The position numbers and the translations under genes are program-made. The notes under the pieces were generated by a model that was not told the DNA's origin, made no database searches, and saw only the letters and a program-made list of their open reading frames with translations. Below are positions 9,587-18,507 of a DNA stretch of 40,358 nucleotides, one piece after another. Origin of the DNA: Pirellulales bacterium. GTDB lineage: Bacteria; Planctomycetota; Planctomycetia; Pirellulales; UBA1268. The first letter of the stretch is position 1; every line of letters begins with the position of its first letter. The DNA lies in assembly GCA_044336925.1 (NCBI GenBank), contig JBIIOM010000003.1, positions 1 through 40,358 on the forward strand, written 5' to 3'.

Positions 9587-9948
9587 TCCGCTGTCATCGC
9601 AAACAACTGGAAGACCGTTGCAAGCAACGCGGCTACGCGCTGGCTAATGTGATGCCGTGCGTTATCGAGCAAGACGGCGACCGCTGGCTGATCGACACCG
9701 AGCACCCCGCCTACCCGCGCAAGCGTGAGGAGTGGCGGCCCATCCCCATCGGAGACCTCATTGAGCGTGGCCTCACCGCAATCGGCATCACAAAGGAGCG
9801 GGTCGAGGCTCTGACCCGCACGGAGGGCAAGCCCGGTGGGTGTGGCTGCGCCGGTCGGCAAAAGTGGCTGAACGAGGTCGGGAACAAGGTGCAGATCGAC
9901 GCGCGGAACGCGCTGATCGCGGCGAAGCGGTTTTACGTCGGCGAGTGA
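9583..9948 (+). CDS. Hypothetical protein with CGC..R...LN motif
   Basis: Coupled to the fibre gene; GD.IE......GIT...GGCGCAGRQKWLN. Confidence 0.65.
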   Translation: MIRCHRKQLEDRCKQRGYALANVMPCVIEQDGDRWLIDTEHPAYPRKREEWRPIPIGDLIERGLTAIGITKERVEALTRTEGKPGGCGCAGRQKWLNEVGNKVQIDARNALIAAKRFYVGE

Positions 9949-9962
9949 GTTTCGCCGCAAGA

Positions 9963-9978
9963 TATACTGACGTATAGG
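9963..9978 (+). promoter_or_regulatory. Putative late promoter TATACT-N7-AGG (near-leaderless)
   Basis: TATACTGACGTATAGG, 1 nt before ATG 9980; 14/16 identical to 1383-1398. Confidence 0.5.
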
Positions 9979-9979
9979 T

Positions 9980-10330
9980 ATGACCAACTTTTCCCAACTG
10001 CCGCGCACCAACAACCTGGCGTTCGTCAAGGGCGACGAAGTGTCTTTTACAGAAGCATTTGCCGGGCTCGACCTGACGGGCCATACGCTTTCAGCCGGGA
10101 TCTTTAACTCCAGCATCGCCACGGTCACAAACGTCGTTACGCCGACGCTCTCGCTGGCTACTGCTACTTCCGGCGGCGTCGTTACGAGCACGGTCACAGT
10201 CTCGCTCTCGGAGACAAACACAAGCGCCCTAGCTACGAATGTGCGTTACCGCTGGTTTCTGCGTTATGTCACGCCAGGCGGAAAGACCATTACGGCCGTG
10301 AGCGGGGCCGTGTCCTGCGTGAATCCGTAG
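9980..10330 (+). CDS. Hypothetical beta-rich virion/baseplate-associated protein
   Basis: 116 aa; KGD...F...DLTG.T....I and YRW.L.......T...G pattern resembling BppU-N-like small proteins. Confidence 0.55.
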   Translation: MTNFSQLPRTNNLAFVKGDEVSFTEAFAGLDLTGHTLSAGIFNSSIATVTNVVTPTLSLATATSGGVVTSTVTVSLSETNTSALATNVRYRWFLRYVTPGGKTITAVSGAVSCVNP

Positions 10331-10356
10331 GCGTCGCCTGCCAGCAAAAACTCGGG

Positions 10357-10384
10357 TTGACGCTATTGCTGGGTGTGGCAGTCT
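10357..10384 (+). promoter_or_regulatory. Sigma70-type promoter TTGACG...TGTGGCAGTCT, duplicated at 31017
   Basis: GTTGACGCtatTGCtGGGTGTGGCAGTCT followed by AAGGAGG RBS. Confidence 0.6.
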
Positions 10385-10406
10385 CGATCTAGCAAGGAGG
10401 CAGGCG

Positions 10407-10703
10407 ATGGCGGGCAGGCACGTCACGAAAAGCCGCAGGGTCTACGTCGGCGATCGCCGGTGGACGATACAGCACGTCCGCTACCCGCGGGACCGCGACG
10501 GCGATTGTGATTGGGACCGCCGCGTTATCCGCCTCGCCGCAAACCTTTCCGGCATCCAGCTCCTTGACGCGTTGCTGCACGAGCTGCTCCATGCCCGGTT
10601 TCCCGATCTTGCGGAGGAGGTTGTCGAGGAGTTTGCCAGCACGGCCGCCGCGATCGCCCACCACGAGGGCTTCCGCCTGGCCGACGATCACGAGGAGGAG
10701 TGA
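10407..10703 (+). CDS. Small zincin-like metallopeptidase (HExxH)
   Basis: GDCD....IRL...LLHELLHA...EE; strong RBS AAGGAGG. Confidence 0.75.
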   Translation: MAGRHVTKSRRVYVGDRRWTIQHVRYPRDRDGDCDWDRRVIRLAANLSGIQLLDALLHELLHARFPDLAEEVVEEFASTAAAIAHHEGFRLADDHEEE

Positions 10704-10979
10704 ATGGCGAAAGCCAAGAGCGGACTGTTGGCGTCACTGAAGGAGCGGGCCGTCGCGTCCGGCACTCGCCGCTTCGAGACTTGGTTCGACAAGTTGCCGG
10801 CCGACGTTCAGGCCGAGCTCAACCAAGCGAAGTTGAGTTTCCTCCGCGGCGAGATCGTCGACGCCCACGGGCGGATGCCCACGAGCCGATTCGCCGAAAT
10901 GATGTCGGCCGAGTTGGCCGAGCGTGAGATTGCCAACGTCGGTCGCCAAGGAGTCGAGAATTGGCTAAAGCGAAAATAG
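10704..10979 (+). CDS. Hypothetical protein (possible DNA-binding C-terminus)
   Basis: 91 aa, RBS GGAGGAG, coupled in operon. Confidence 0.65.
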   Translation: MAKAKSGLLASLKERAVASGTRRFETWFDKLPADVQAELNQAKLSFLRGEIVDAHGRMPTSRFAEMMSAELAEREIANVGRQGVENWLKRK

Positions 10980-12184
10980 CCCAGGCGATCGCCGAGAAGG
11001 CCGCGATGGCCGCCGGCCGCCCGCCCGAGAAGTCTGAGCAAGTCACGCAGTCTCGCGACGGCGACACGCTCGAGGCCCGCAGCGTGTCGGTCCGCATTCG
11101 CACGGTTGAGGATCTCCTTCGCCATATTGAGGCCGACCTCGAGCGCTACGAAGTCAGTGCGAGTGAAGCGACCAAATGGGAGGTGGCGACGAGCGATGCC
11201 GACGGCACGGCCACGGTGACGGAATTGCATCGCGTTTGGGTGCGACTCAAGCCGCGGCCCGGCCCGGGCGTTGTCGAGTGTGTCGCGGCCATGATTCAGG
11301 CCGCGGCCAAAGAGATTCGCCGCCCGGCGATCAAGCCGCACAAGCGCCGCGAGCCCGGACCGTGGCAGGTTGTCGTGATCGCGGATACCCATTTCGGGAA
11401 ATACTGCTGGCGGGCTGGCACCGGCGACGCGGACTACGACCTCTCGATCGCCGAGAAGGTTGTGGGCGACGCCGGCCGCGATCTGCTCGACAAGGGCGAC
11501 GCCGTCTACAAGCCGAGCCGGCGGTCGATCCTGCTCGTGGGCGATCTCTTTCATTACGACACGATCAGCGGCACAACGACCGGCGGCACGCCGATGGCCG
11601 GCAGCCTCGACGGCCGGCTGCAGAAGATGATTCAAGTCGGCTCCGATTGCCTCTTGGGATTGATTGAGCGGTCCGCGGCCACCTGCCCGACCGACGTGTC
11701 GATTGTTCACGGCAACCACGACGAGACGCTGACGTTTGCCTTCCAGCGGATCATGGCCGAGCGGTTCCGCAGCGACCGCCGCACGAGTATTTCGGAGCGG
11801 CTCACAGGCCGGCAGTATCTCCACCACGGCAACAATTTGATTGGCATTGCCCACGGCCACCGGGCGAAACGTCGGCTCCCGCAACTGATGGCCCTCGAGG
11901 CCGCCGACGTTTGGGGGCGGACGACCTACCGCGAGATCCACACCGGGCACTTCCACTCCCAGGCCGCCGAGTGGTCGCTTCCCATCGAAACGGTTGATTC
12001 GGTGCTCGTGCGGGTGGCCCCGTCGTTGGGGCCAGCCGACGACTACCACGCGAGCAATGGGTGGATCGGGGCACGCCGAGCGATGGAATCGTATTTCTAC
12101 GATCCAGCCGGCGGGGTCGTCGGAATGTTTTGTAGCGGTCCCCGGCCCGAGCGGCGGGGAATAGTGAACACGCAAGCACGGTAG
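10961..12184 (+). CDS. Calcineurin-like metallophosphoesterase / nuclease
   Basis: All five motifs present: DTHFG, GDLFH, GNHD, HGH, GHFH. Confidence 0.88.
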   Translation: MAKAKIAQAIAEKAAMAAGRPPEKSEQVTQSRDGDTLEARSVSVRIRTVEDLLRHIEADLERYEVSASEATKWEVATSDADGTATVTELHRVWVRLKPRPGPGVVECVAAMIQAAAKEIRRPAIKPHKRREPGPWQVVVIADTHFGKYCWRAGTGDADYDLSIAEKVVGDAGRDLLDKGDAVYKPSRRSILLVGDLFHYDTISGTTTGGTPMAGSLDGRLQKMIQVGSDCLLGLIERSAATCPTDVSIVHGNHDETLTFAFQRIMAERFRSDRRTSISERLTGRQYLHHGNNLIGIAHGHRAKRRLPQLMALEAADVWGRTTYREIHTGHFHSQAAEWSLPIETVDSVLVRVAPSLGPADDYHASNGWIGARRAMESYFYDPAGGVVGMFCSGPRPERRGIVNTQAR

Positions 12185-12189
12185 AGCGA

Positions 12190-12987
12190 ATGAGCGATTG
12201 CGGCGACATTCTCACGGACGAGTATCTCCGCCAAGCGGAGCAGCGCGCGAGACGCTTTAGCGGCGCTTTTACGGGCACATCGGGCTCTCTTGCTGCCGAC
12301 GTGCTGAGAATCCTGAAACACCTGCGACACGTCACCAAGGAGGACCGAGCGATGGGACTGCAAGAAGCAATCGACACGGCGTTTAGCGGGCTGCCCGAAG
12401 ACTTCGTGAAGGCAAACGACCGCTACACGCTCACGCCCGCCGAGCCGCAGCCACCGCTCGAGATCGAGCCGCAGCGGGTGGGGGCATCAATGACGCCAGA
12501 GCAGCTCGAGGCCGCCTGGGCGGCCGTGAACGCACGACGCGAGCAAGTGATCGAGCGGATTCAATCCGGCGAAGTGCCGGAGCCCGTGGCCGAGGTTGTG
12601 GCGACCACGCCGCCGGCGGCCGACAAGGTTGTCGACGGCGACCGCACGAGGTTTGCGACCGGGGCCGTCCGCTCGAGCGATGCGGAGGCAACCCGCTACG
12701 ACTTGATCTCGCCGATCGGCCTCGAGGCGGTCGCGAGAACGTGCGCCGAAGGGGCTGCGAAATACTCGGCGCACAACTGGGAGCGCGGGATGGACGTGCC
12801 CGACCTTTTGAATCACGCGCTCCGCCATATCTTTCAATTCTTGGCCGGCGATCGCTCCGAGCCGCACCTGCCGCACGCGGCTTGGGGGCTCCTAGCCGCG
12901 ATCCATTCAGACACTCTCTGGCCGCATCTCAACGAGAACAAACTCCGCGGCCCCGGGTGCACGCCGCCCTACGAGCCCCCTATCTGA
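12190..12987 (+). CDS. dATP/dGTP diphosphohydrolase-domain protein (DUF5664-like)
   Basis: C-terminal FATGAVR...RYDLI...GAAKY..HNWERG...ALRH...HL.HAAW. Confidence 0.8.
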   Translation: MSDCGDILTDEYLRQAEQRARRFSGAFTGTSGSLAADVLRILKHLRHVTKEDRAMGLQEAIDTAFSGLPEDFVKANDRYTLTPAEPQPPLEIEPQRVGASMTPEQLEAAWAAVNARREQVIERIQSGEVPEPVAEVVATTPPAADKVVDGDRTRFATGAVRSSDAEATRYDLISPIGLEAVARTCAEGAAKYSAHNWERGMDVPDLLNHALRHIFQFLAGDRSEPHLPHAAWGLLAAIHSDTLWPHLNENKLRGPGCTPPYEPPI

Positions 12988-13021
12988 ACAACCGTACAAT
13001 AGGGGTATAGGAGCCCGCCCT

Positions 13022-13306
13022 TTGATTCGCCGCCAGCGACCAGACGAGACGCAGTTTCGCCACGGTGCCGGCGGCCGGGAGCCGCTGTCGCCGCCGGGGC
13101 AGGCTGGCGATCACGTCCACTACACGCCGATGAAGCGGGCCGGGTTAGGTGTCATCACGAGCCGAGACAAGAAGCCCACGTCGGCCCTCTCGTTTTTCGA
13201 GGTGCTCGCCTGGGAGTTGTCCGGTGCTGGCGACGCCTCCAAGGCGATCGTGCCCGGCTGCACCGTCCGCCAAGCCAAACAACTTTTCGACGAGGGGCTC
13301 ATCTGA
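13022..13306 (+). CDS. Hypothetical protein
   Basis: TTG start, AGGAG RBS, preceded by a TACAAT-N8-AGG promoter-like motif. Confidence 0.55.
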   Translation: MIRRQRPDETQFRHGAGGREPLSPPGQAGDHVHYTPMKRAGLGVITSRDKKPTSALSFFEVLAWELSGAGDASKAIVPGCTVRQAKQLFDEGLI

Positions 13307-13665
13307 TGAGGGAAGTCATGCCAGAGCTCGAGCGTGAGATCGTCACGACCGAAATCGCCGCGTTCCTCGAGCGGGCAAAGTATCTCGCCGCCGGCGGGCT
13401 GACCGTCGCCGAGTTTGGGCGGTTGGCCGTCGATCTCATGCGGCTCGTTATCGGCCTGGTCGACAAGATCGCCGCGCCGGGGGCCGACAAGAAAGCCGTC
13501 GTGCTCGCGGCAGTCGGCGATCTGTTCGACGCGGTCGCCGACAAGGCCGTGCCGCTCGCGGCCTATCCGCTCTTTGTGCTGCTCCGTCCGGCCCTGCGTG
13601 CGTTGTGTCTGGCCGTGGCCGCCGGGGCCGTCGAGAGCCTGCTTCCGCTCGTGAGGGCTATCTAA
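13306..13665 (+). CDS. Hypothetical amphipathic/membrane protein (possible holin-like)
   Basis: 119 aa, hydrophobic helices, G.DKK..VL motif; coupled start. Confidence 0.6.
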   Translation: MREVMPELEREIVTTEIAAFLERAKYLAAGGLTVAEFGRLAVDLMRLVIGLVDKIAAPGADKKAVVLAAVGDLFDAVADKAVPLAAYPLFVLLRPALRALCLAVAAGAVESLLPLVRAI

Positions 13666-13919
13666 TGATTCTGGCAACTGCTCTGGCCGTGGCGGCCCTG
13701 CTCACCGCCTGCCCGTGGCTCGTGGGTCGTGCGGCGTCGGTCGTCGGTGGCGGCCTCGCGATGCCGGCCCACCGGCCCGCCGGCCCGACCTACCAGGGGG
13801 CGATCGCCGACTTGGCGGTTGTCCGGCTGCGACTGCTCGAGACGCAGCAGCTCACCGAGCAGGCCCGGGCCGCCATCGACACGCTGACGCTGGCACTCGT
13901 GGCAGGGAGCGATCAATGA
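13665..13919 (+). CDS. Small membrane-anchored protein
   Basis: TAATG overlap; N-terminal hydrophobic segment MILATALAVAALLTAC (possible lipobox LTAC). Confidence 0.6.
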   Translation: MILATALAVAALLTACPWLVGRAASVVGGGLAMPAHRPAGPTYQGAIADLAVVRLRLLETQQLTEQARAAIDTLTLALVAGSDQ

Positions 13920-14383
13920 GCGAGCGATCCCGATACCTTCTGGCCGGCGCCCTGGTCGTCGGTGCCCTGTTCGCCTGGGTTGTCGACCGCCCGGCAACGC
14001 CGCCGAGCCCCGAGCCGTTCCCGCCGGAGCCGCTGCCGGTGATGCTCCGCGGCAAGTTCACCGGGCCGACGGGGGCGGAGGATGCGGCCACGATCTCGGC
14101 GCTCTGTGCGGAGCTCGCCGACGAGATCGCCTGGGATGGCCGGCAGGCGGAGCCCTTCCTGAAAAACGCCGTCCAGCTTGACGCATTGCGGACGCGGTCG
14201 CGTGAGCTCCGCTGCCGGGGCGTGAGCATCGGCGAGCGGCAGCCGGCGGCCCGCGATGCGATCCACGCGTACCTCGATACGGCAGTCGGCACGGCCGGCG
14301 GTCCAGTGAGTGACAAGCAACGCGCGGCCTGGGTTGACGCGTACCGCAATCTCGCGAGGGCCGCCGCTGATGCGACGCGTTGA
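13916..14383 (+). CDS. Membrane-anchored protein with Pro-rich linker
   Basis: ATGA overlap; transmembrane segment, then PATPPSPEPFPPEP. Confidence 0.65.
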   Translation: MSERSRYLLAGALVVGALFAWVVDRPATPPSPEPFPPEPLPVMLRGKFTGPTGAEDAATISALCAELADEIAWDGRQAEPFLKNAVQLDALRTRSRELRCRGVSIGERQPAARDAIHAYLDTAVGTAGGPVSDKQRAAWVDAYRNLARAAADATR

Positions 14384-15503
14384 CGACACTGCACGGTTCC
14401 GCCTCGCGGTTGCCGGACTCCTGCTTGGCCTGGCCGTGCTCGTGGCCATTCGGGCCGGCCTGCTCCTCGAGGGCACGGTCGGGTTTGGTGGTCGTTTCGG
14501 GTACACACCCAATCCCGAGGGCACGCGGCAGTTTCTCCAAGAGCTTGACGAGCCGCGGTTTTCCCAGGCCGCCCCCGAGTGCATGGCGAAGGCCCGGGGC
14601 GTCGACACGTTCCTCTATCGGGCCGCCGACAAGGCCCACCGGGCACGCTACGGCACGCCGTTCAAGGTCTGGCGGCAATCGATCGGCGACTGCGTCAGTT
14701 TCGGGTGGGGGCTGGGCATCTTCGTTTCGGAGAGCGTCGATTGGCAGAACGGCCAGCTGCAGGAGCCGCCGCTGCTCCCCTGCACGGAAAGCATCTATGG
14801 CGGTTCGCGTGTCGAGGCCCGCAACAAGCCCGAGGGGTCGGGCGGGTGGAGCGACGGATCGTACGGCGGCGCCGCGGCCCGCTGGGCTCGCGATTGGGGG
14901 GTGGTGTATCGCGAGGTCGTCGCCGGCCACGATCTCCGCATCTACTCCGGTGATCGCTCGAAGCAATGGGGAAACCACGGCAACGGTGGCCAAGGCGATA
15001 AGGGCCGGCTCGACGCGATCGCGAAGAAGCATCCATGCAAATACGTTTCGCTCGTGAAGACGTGGGACGAAGCGGCCGCAGCTATCGAGGCGGGTTTTGC
15101 GATCCCAGTGTGCTCAATGCAGGGATTCGCTTCCGTCCGCACAGACGGGGGCTGGGCCGCACCTTCCGGCCAGTGGGCTCATTGCCTCTGCCTGATCGGA
15201 GTTCGCTACCAAAAGAACGGCAGCCCACGAGACGGGATGCTGGTGGCGAACAGCTGGGGCGAGTCGTGGATCTCTGGCCCGCGGTGGCCCGATGATATGC
15301 CCGAGGGTTGTTTCTGGGCGGACCGGAAGACGATCGAGCGGATGCTCGCCGGCGAAGATTCGTTTGCGGTTGGTTCGGTGGCGGGCTGGGGCTGGCGTGA
15401 GATCCACAACGGCGAATGGATGCAACCCATGCCGGTGGAAACCATCGGCCGCCGGCCGTCGACCGCCCGGCTTGTGGCCGACGTATTCAAGTTGTCGTTT
15501 TAG
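14370..15503 (+). CDS. Membrane-anchored papain-like (C1-family) cysteine peptidase
   Basis: Q.IGDCVSFG (Gln/Cys), WAHCLCLIG (His), ANSWGESW (Asn); N-terminal transmembrane segment. Confidence 0.85.
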   Translation: MRRVDDTARFRLAVAGLLLGLAVLVAIRAGLLLEGTVGFGGRFGYTPNPEGTRQFLQELDEPRFSQAAPECMAKARGVDTFLYRAADKAHRARYGTPFKVWRQSIGDCVSFGWGLGIFVSESVDWQNGQLQEPPLLPCTESIYGGSRVEARNKPEGSGGWSDGSYGGAAARWARDWGVVYREVVAGHDLRIYSGDRSKQWGNHGNGGQGDKGRLDAIAKKHPCKYVSLVKTWDEAAAAIEAGFAIPVCSMQGFASVRTDGGWAAPSGQWAHCLCLIGVRYQKNGSPRDGMLVANSWGESWISGPRWPDDMPEGCFWADRKTIERMLAGEDSFAVGSVAGWGWREIHNGEWMQPMPVETIGRRPSTARLVADVFKLSF

Positions 15504-15508
15504 GGGGC

Positions 15509-15778
15509 ATGATGAAACTCGACCGAAATACTCTCCTGCTCGTGGCTGCCGGCGTGCTCGTCTGGTGGTTTTCCGGCTCCCCTGCCCCGCAGCCGCAGCC
15601 GTTCGCTCCGCCGCAGGATCGCCCCGTGCTCCGCTGGATCGCCAAGGCCGCAAAGACCGCCCTTTGGATCATGATCTTCGCCGAAGGCCCGCCGGCCCAG
15701 GACCGCCCGCTCGTCCACGCTCACGGCGACATTGGCGAAGACGGCTACGCCACGATCCAACATGGCAGGGGGTGGTAG
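15509..15778 (+). CDS. Small membrane protein
   Basis: MMKLDRNTLLLVAAGVLVWWF, Pro-rich linker, second hydrophobic helix. Confidence 0.6.
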   Translation: MMKLDRNTLLLVAAGVLVWWFSGSPAPQPQPFAPPQDRPVLRWIAKAAKTALWIMIFAEGPPAQDRPLVHAHGDIGEDGYATIQHGRGW

Positions 15779-15779
15779 C

Positions 15780-16076
15780 GTGACGCTTTACGAATGGCTC
15801 GTCGCTTGGCTCGTGTCGCTGTCGGCCGGCCCGGGGGCCGTCGACGCGGAGGCGCCACGGGCGGCAGCCGCAGTCACCGCCGCTCGAGCGAGCATGATTG
15901 CCGACGGCCCGGCGCCCCCGGCCCCGGCCCCTGCTGAGTGCGTCTGCGGTCGGACGTGCGTCAATGGAACATGGAAGCCCGACGGGCGGATCGAGCAGCG
16001 GTGCACCTGCACCTGTGAGCGATGCAAGCGGAAGCCCGCCCTCCCCTGCCCCGATGGCAAGTGCCCGCCACGGTGA
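15780..16076 (+). CDS. Secreted/membrane Cys-rich protein
   Basis: GTG start; hydrophobic N-terminus, PAPPAPAP linker, CVC..TC...CTCTCERC...CPDGKCP. Confidence 0.6.
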   Translation: MTLYEWLVAWLVSLSAGPGAVDAEAPRAAAAVTAARASMIADGPAPPAPAPAECVCGRTCVNGTWKPDGRIEQRCTCTCERCKRKPALPCPDGKCPPR

Positions 16077-16079
16077 AGC

Positions 16080-16466
16080 ATGGAAGCCCTCGAGCGGCTC
16101 GTCGCCCACGTCTCGGAACAATGCGGCCAGCGTGCCCGCATGGCCGGCCGTGCCCGCGTGCACGAGCTCACGCGTCTGGTTGTCCGGCACTGGCCGCACA
16201 ATCACGTCGAGGCCATTGAGCGGCACGGCGGCAAGAACAACGCCGCGGCCGCTCACGCGATGATCCTCGTGCGTGCCCAGGTTCGCGAGCAATACGAGGC
16301 CCGGCACGATGTTGGCCCGCTCTGGGATCTCTTTCTCGGCGGCCTCGTGGCGTCGATCTGCAGCTCCGTGCTCGATCTCTGGCTGGCCGATCGGGCGTGG
16401 CGGGTGATGCTCCGCGGGTTGTCCCGCCAAATCGCCGCGGAGCGGTCAGCGGATCGCACCGAGTAG
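16080..16466 (+). CDS. Hypothetical protein with hydrophobic C-terminal helix
   Basis: 128 aa; last gene of the rightward cluster. Confidence 0.6.
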   Translation: MEALERLVAHVSEQCGQRARMAGRARVHELTRLVVRHWPHNHVEAIERHGGKNNAAAAHAMILVRAQVREQYEARHDVGPLWDLFLGGLVASICSSVLDLWLADRAWRVMLRGLSRQIAAERSADRTE

Positions 16467-16610
16467 GGCGGCGATCGCGTCATGCACGGCACGGGCGAGC
16501 GGCGTCTCGCTACCGAGCTCCTGGCCGAGTCGCACGAGCACGAGGGCACGAATCCATTCGTCCCACGGTATCCGCGAGCGGCGGCGTGTTATCCGGCGTG
16601 TTGTCCGCAT
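16446..16610 (-). CDS. Small basic hypothetical protein (54 aa)
   Basis: GGAGGAG RBS before ATG 16610; MRTTRRITRRRSRIPWDEWIRALVLVRLG... Confidence 0.55.
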   Translation of the reverse strand: MRTTRRITRRRSRIPWDEWIRALVLVRLGQELGSETPLARAVHDAIAALLGAIR

Positions 16611-17089
16611 AGCTCCTCCATGAGCCTCAAGGGGAAGGCCGCGATCTCGACGGCGGTCGGGTGGGTTGTCCATGCGTAGGCCTGGCCGTCGGGGTGGAGC
16701 GACGGCGGGAGCACCGACTGAGCGGCCCGGCCGCCGATGCGGACCTCGAGGCCGTCGATCTTGGCCACGGCCACGGGCGGCAGGTTGTCCGTCCAGCGGA
16801 AAAGCCGGTGCTCGCCGCGAGCCGATCGCCACGTCGGGGTGGCCACGTCGACCAAGCCGAGCCGCTCGAGCGTCGCCCGGCCGTCGTCGTCGTCGAATTC
16901 CACGTCGACAACGCCGGATGGCGGGCCGAGCAGGAGCCCCACATTCGACCGAGCGGCGAGCCACGCTGCCACGTCGCCCGGGTTGTCCGTCGATCGGGTT
17001 TGCCATGCGGCCCCGAGCGGGCGCTTCTCACGCCGGGCGAGCCGGACAAACCGGCAGCCGGCGGCGGCCAGTGCTGCGATGTCGTTCAT
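16589..17089 (-). CDS. Bifunctional DNA primase/polymerase (Prim-Pol, AEP) domain protein
   Basis: EKRP...W....T......W....NVG......VVDVEFD...T..GEH..F...SVLPPSLHP.G..Y.W signature. Confidence 0.85.
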   Translation of the reverse strand: MNDIAALAAAGCRFVRLARREKRPLGAAWQTRSTDNPGDVAAWLAARSNVGLLLGPPSGVVDVEFDDDDGRATLERLGLVDVATPTWRSARGEHRLFRWTDNLPPVAVAKIDGLEVRIGGRAAQSVLPPSLHPDGQAYAWTTHPTAVEIAAFPLRLMEELCGQHAG

Positions 17090-17349
17090 CGGTCGCCCCT
17101 CCTGTCGTCGAGCATGGTGTAGGTGGTGGGCATGGCGAGGCCCGCGGCGGCGAGAGCGTCGCGGACCTCTCGGCGGATACGCTCGCAGCGGTGGGCGCTC
17201 ACGGGCTCGCCGATGTCGTGGTAGGTGTCGAGAATCAAGAACGCGTCCGGCAATTCCCGGCCGGCGGCGATGGCGTCGACGACCGGCCGCGTGAGCGGGT
17301 CGGCCTCGAGCACCTGGGCGAGATCGGTTTCAAAGTTGGCGGCGTGCAT
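17086..17349 (-). CDS. Hypothetical early protein
   Basis: 87 aa; AGGAG RBS within the CAACCCAGGAGCCCC element. Confidence 0.7.
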   Translation of the reverse strand: MHAANFETDLAQVLEADPLTRPVVDAIAAGRELPDAFLILDTYHDIGEPVSAHRCERIRREVRDALAAAGLAMPTTYTMLDDRRGDR

Positions 17350-17397
17350 GGCGGGGGCTCCTGGGTTGGGGGTGGGTTGTGGGTCGGTGGGTTGTGG

Positions 17398-17631
17398 TTA
17401 GTCGTTGATGCTCAGGAAACGATCGCTGGCCGGGCAGGCCTCGAGCACGATCGCGTCGGGGTCATCGGCCACGGCCGGGGCCGCCCGCATGGTGTCGTAC
17501 AGATCGGACGCGATGGCCTGGTAGCTGCCGGCCCCGAGCACGGCGTCGATGGCTGCGGCGAGCGTCGCCCCGGTGGACACGCGGGCGAGGATCATCCGGC
17601 TAACGGCTGCGTTCTTTTCGATGGTCGTCAT
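17398..17631 (-). CDS. Hypothetical early protein
   Basis: 77 aa from ATG 17631; AGGAG RBS; downstream of promoter 17681-17708. Confidence 0.7.
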   Translation of the reverse strand: MTTIEKNAAVSRMILARVSTGATLAAAIDAVLGAGSYQAIASDLYDTMRAAPAVADDPDAIVLEACPASDRFLSIND

Positions 17632-17680
17632 TTCATTTCTCCTAGTTAGTGGCGGGCCGCTCGTTGCTGCCCGTGTGTGT

Positions 17681-17736
17681 ATATTAGCAATCGGCAATAA
17701 GGAGTCAAGGGCTGAAATCAAAAAAACTTTTTGGGG
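17681..17736 (-). promoter_or_regulatory. Strong leftward early promoter with 13-bp operator and A/T UP element
   Basis: Minus strand TTGACT-16bp(CCTTATTGCCGATTGC)-TAATAT; near duplicate at 20408-20464. Confidence 0.75.
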
Positions 17737-17964
17737 CTACTTCCCGGCCTTCTTGGTGGCGTCGGCTCGAGGCCGGCCACGGCCGATAGGATCACGCTTG
17801 AACGCCGCGGCCGACGACCGGAGGGCGAACCATTGGCCGTCAATCTCAACGCCCGCCACGGCCCCCTTCTTGATCTGCGTGAGCATCCAAAGGCGAGACA
17901 CGCCCGCGAGCTTCGCGGCCGTGCCGATGCGGACGTAGAGGCTAGGGTCGATTTTCGGTGGCAT
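17737..17964 (-). CDS. Small HTH DNA-binding protein (excisionase/HTH_17-like)
   Basis: AAKLAGVSRLWMLTQIKKG...G.QW followed by GRGRPR tail. Confidence 0.75.
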   Translation of the reverse strand: MPPKIDPSLYVRIGTAAKLAGVSRLWMLTQIKKGAVAGVEIDGQWFALRSSAAAFKRDPIGRGRPRADATKKAGK

Positions 17965-18026
17965 GGCTGCATTATTGCCAATTGCTTTCTTCGGTCAAGC
18001 GGCCCGGGTTGTCCGTTGTGGGTTGT

Positions 18027-18386
18027 CTATCCCTGGTAGTCGGCCAGATAAACGAGCTCGTCGGCCAGAGCCGAGCCCGGCAGCCCCTCGAGGGCGTCGA
18101 GCTCGTCATCGGAAAGCGGCTGGCCGGCGGCGGCGTGCACGTCGGCCACGATCGACACGCCCGGCGAGCGGCGGCCGGCACGCTTCCCGCCGGCCTGGCG
18201 TCGCATGATCTCGGCGTGGCAGTAGTGGACCTCGTCCATGTAATAGCCGGCCTTCGGGCCGTCGGGCATGGCGGCGAGGGCGGAGCGGCAATCGGCGATA
18301 ACGAATTCCAATTCCGCCAACGAGCGGCGGCGGCAGATCTGGGGGTAGGCGGCGTGGTCGATTTCTTTCGTGGCATATGCGGGCAT
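18027..18386 (-). CDS. Hypothetical early protein
   Basis: 119 aa; AGGAG RBS; KAGYYMDEVHYC motif. Confidence 0.7.
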   Translation of the reverse strand: MPAYATKEIDHAAYPQICRRRSLAELEFVIADCRSALAAMPDGPKAGYYMDEVHYCHAEIMRRQAGGKRAGRRSPGVSIVADVHAAAGQPLSDDELDALEGLPGSALADELVYLADYQG

Positions 18387-18507
18387 TGGTTGGGGCTCCT
18401 GGGTTGTGCGGCCATCGGCCGCGGGTTGTGTGGGTTGTGGGCGACGTGCCCGGCAGCCCCCTAGCCGGCCGCGGGTTGCCCCGGGGCCGGCGCGGGGGAG
18501 GCCGCGG

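Noticed and set aside
12190-12987. Z-genome (2-aminoadenine) pathway
   Set aside because: No purZ or dedicated polymerase visible; the diphosphohydrolase domain alone is insufficient
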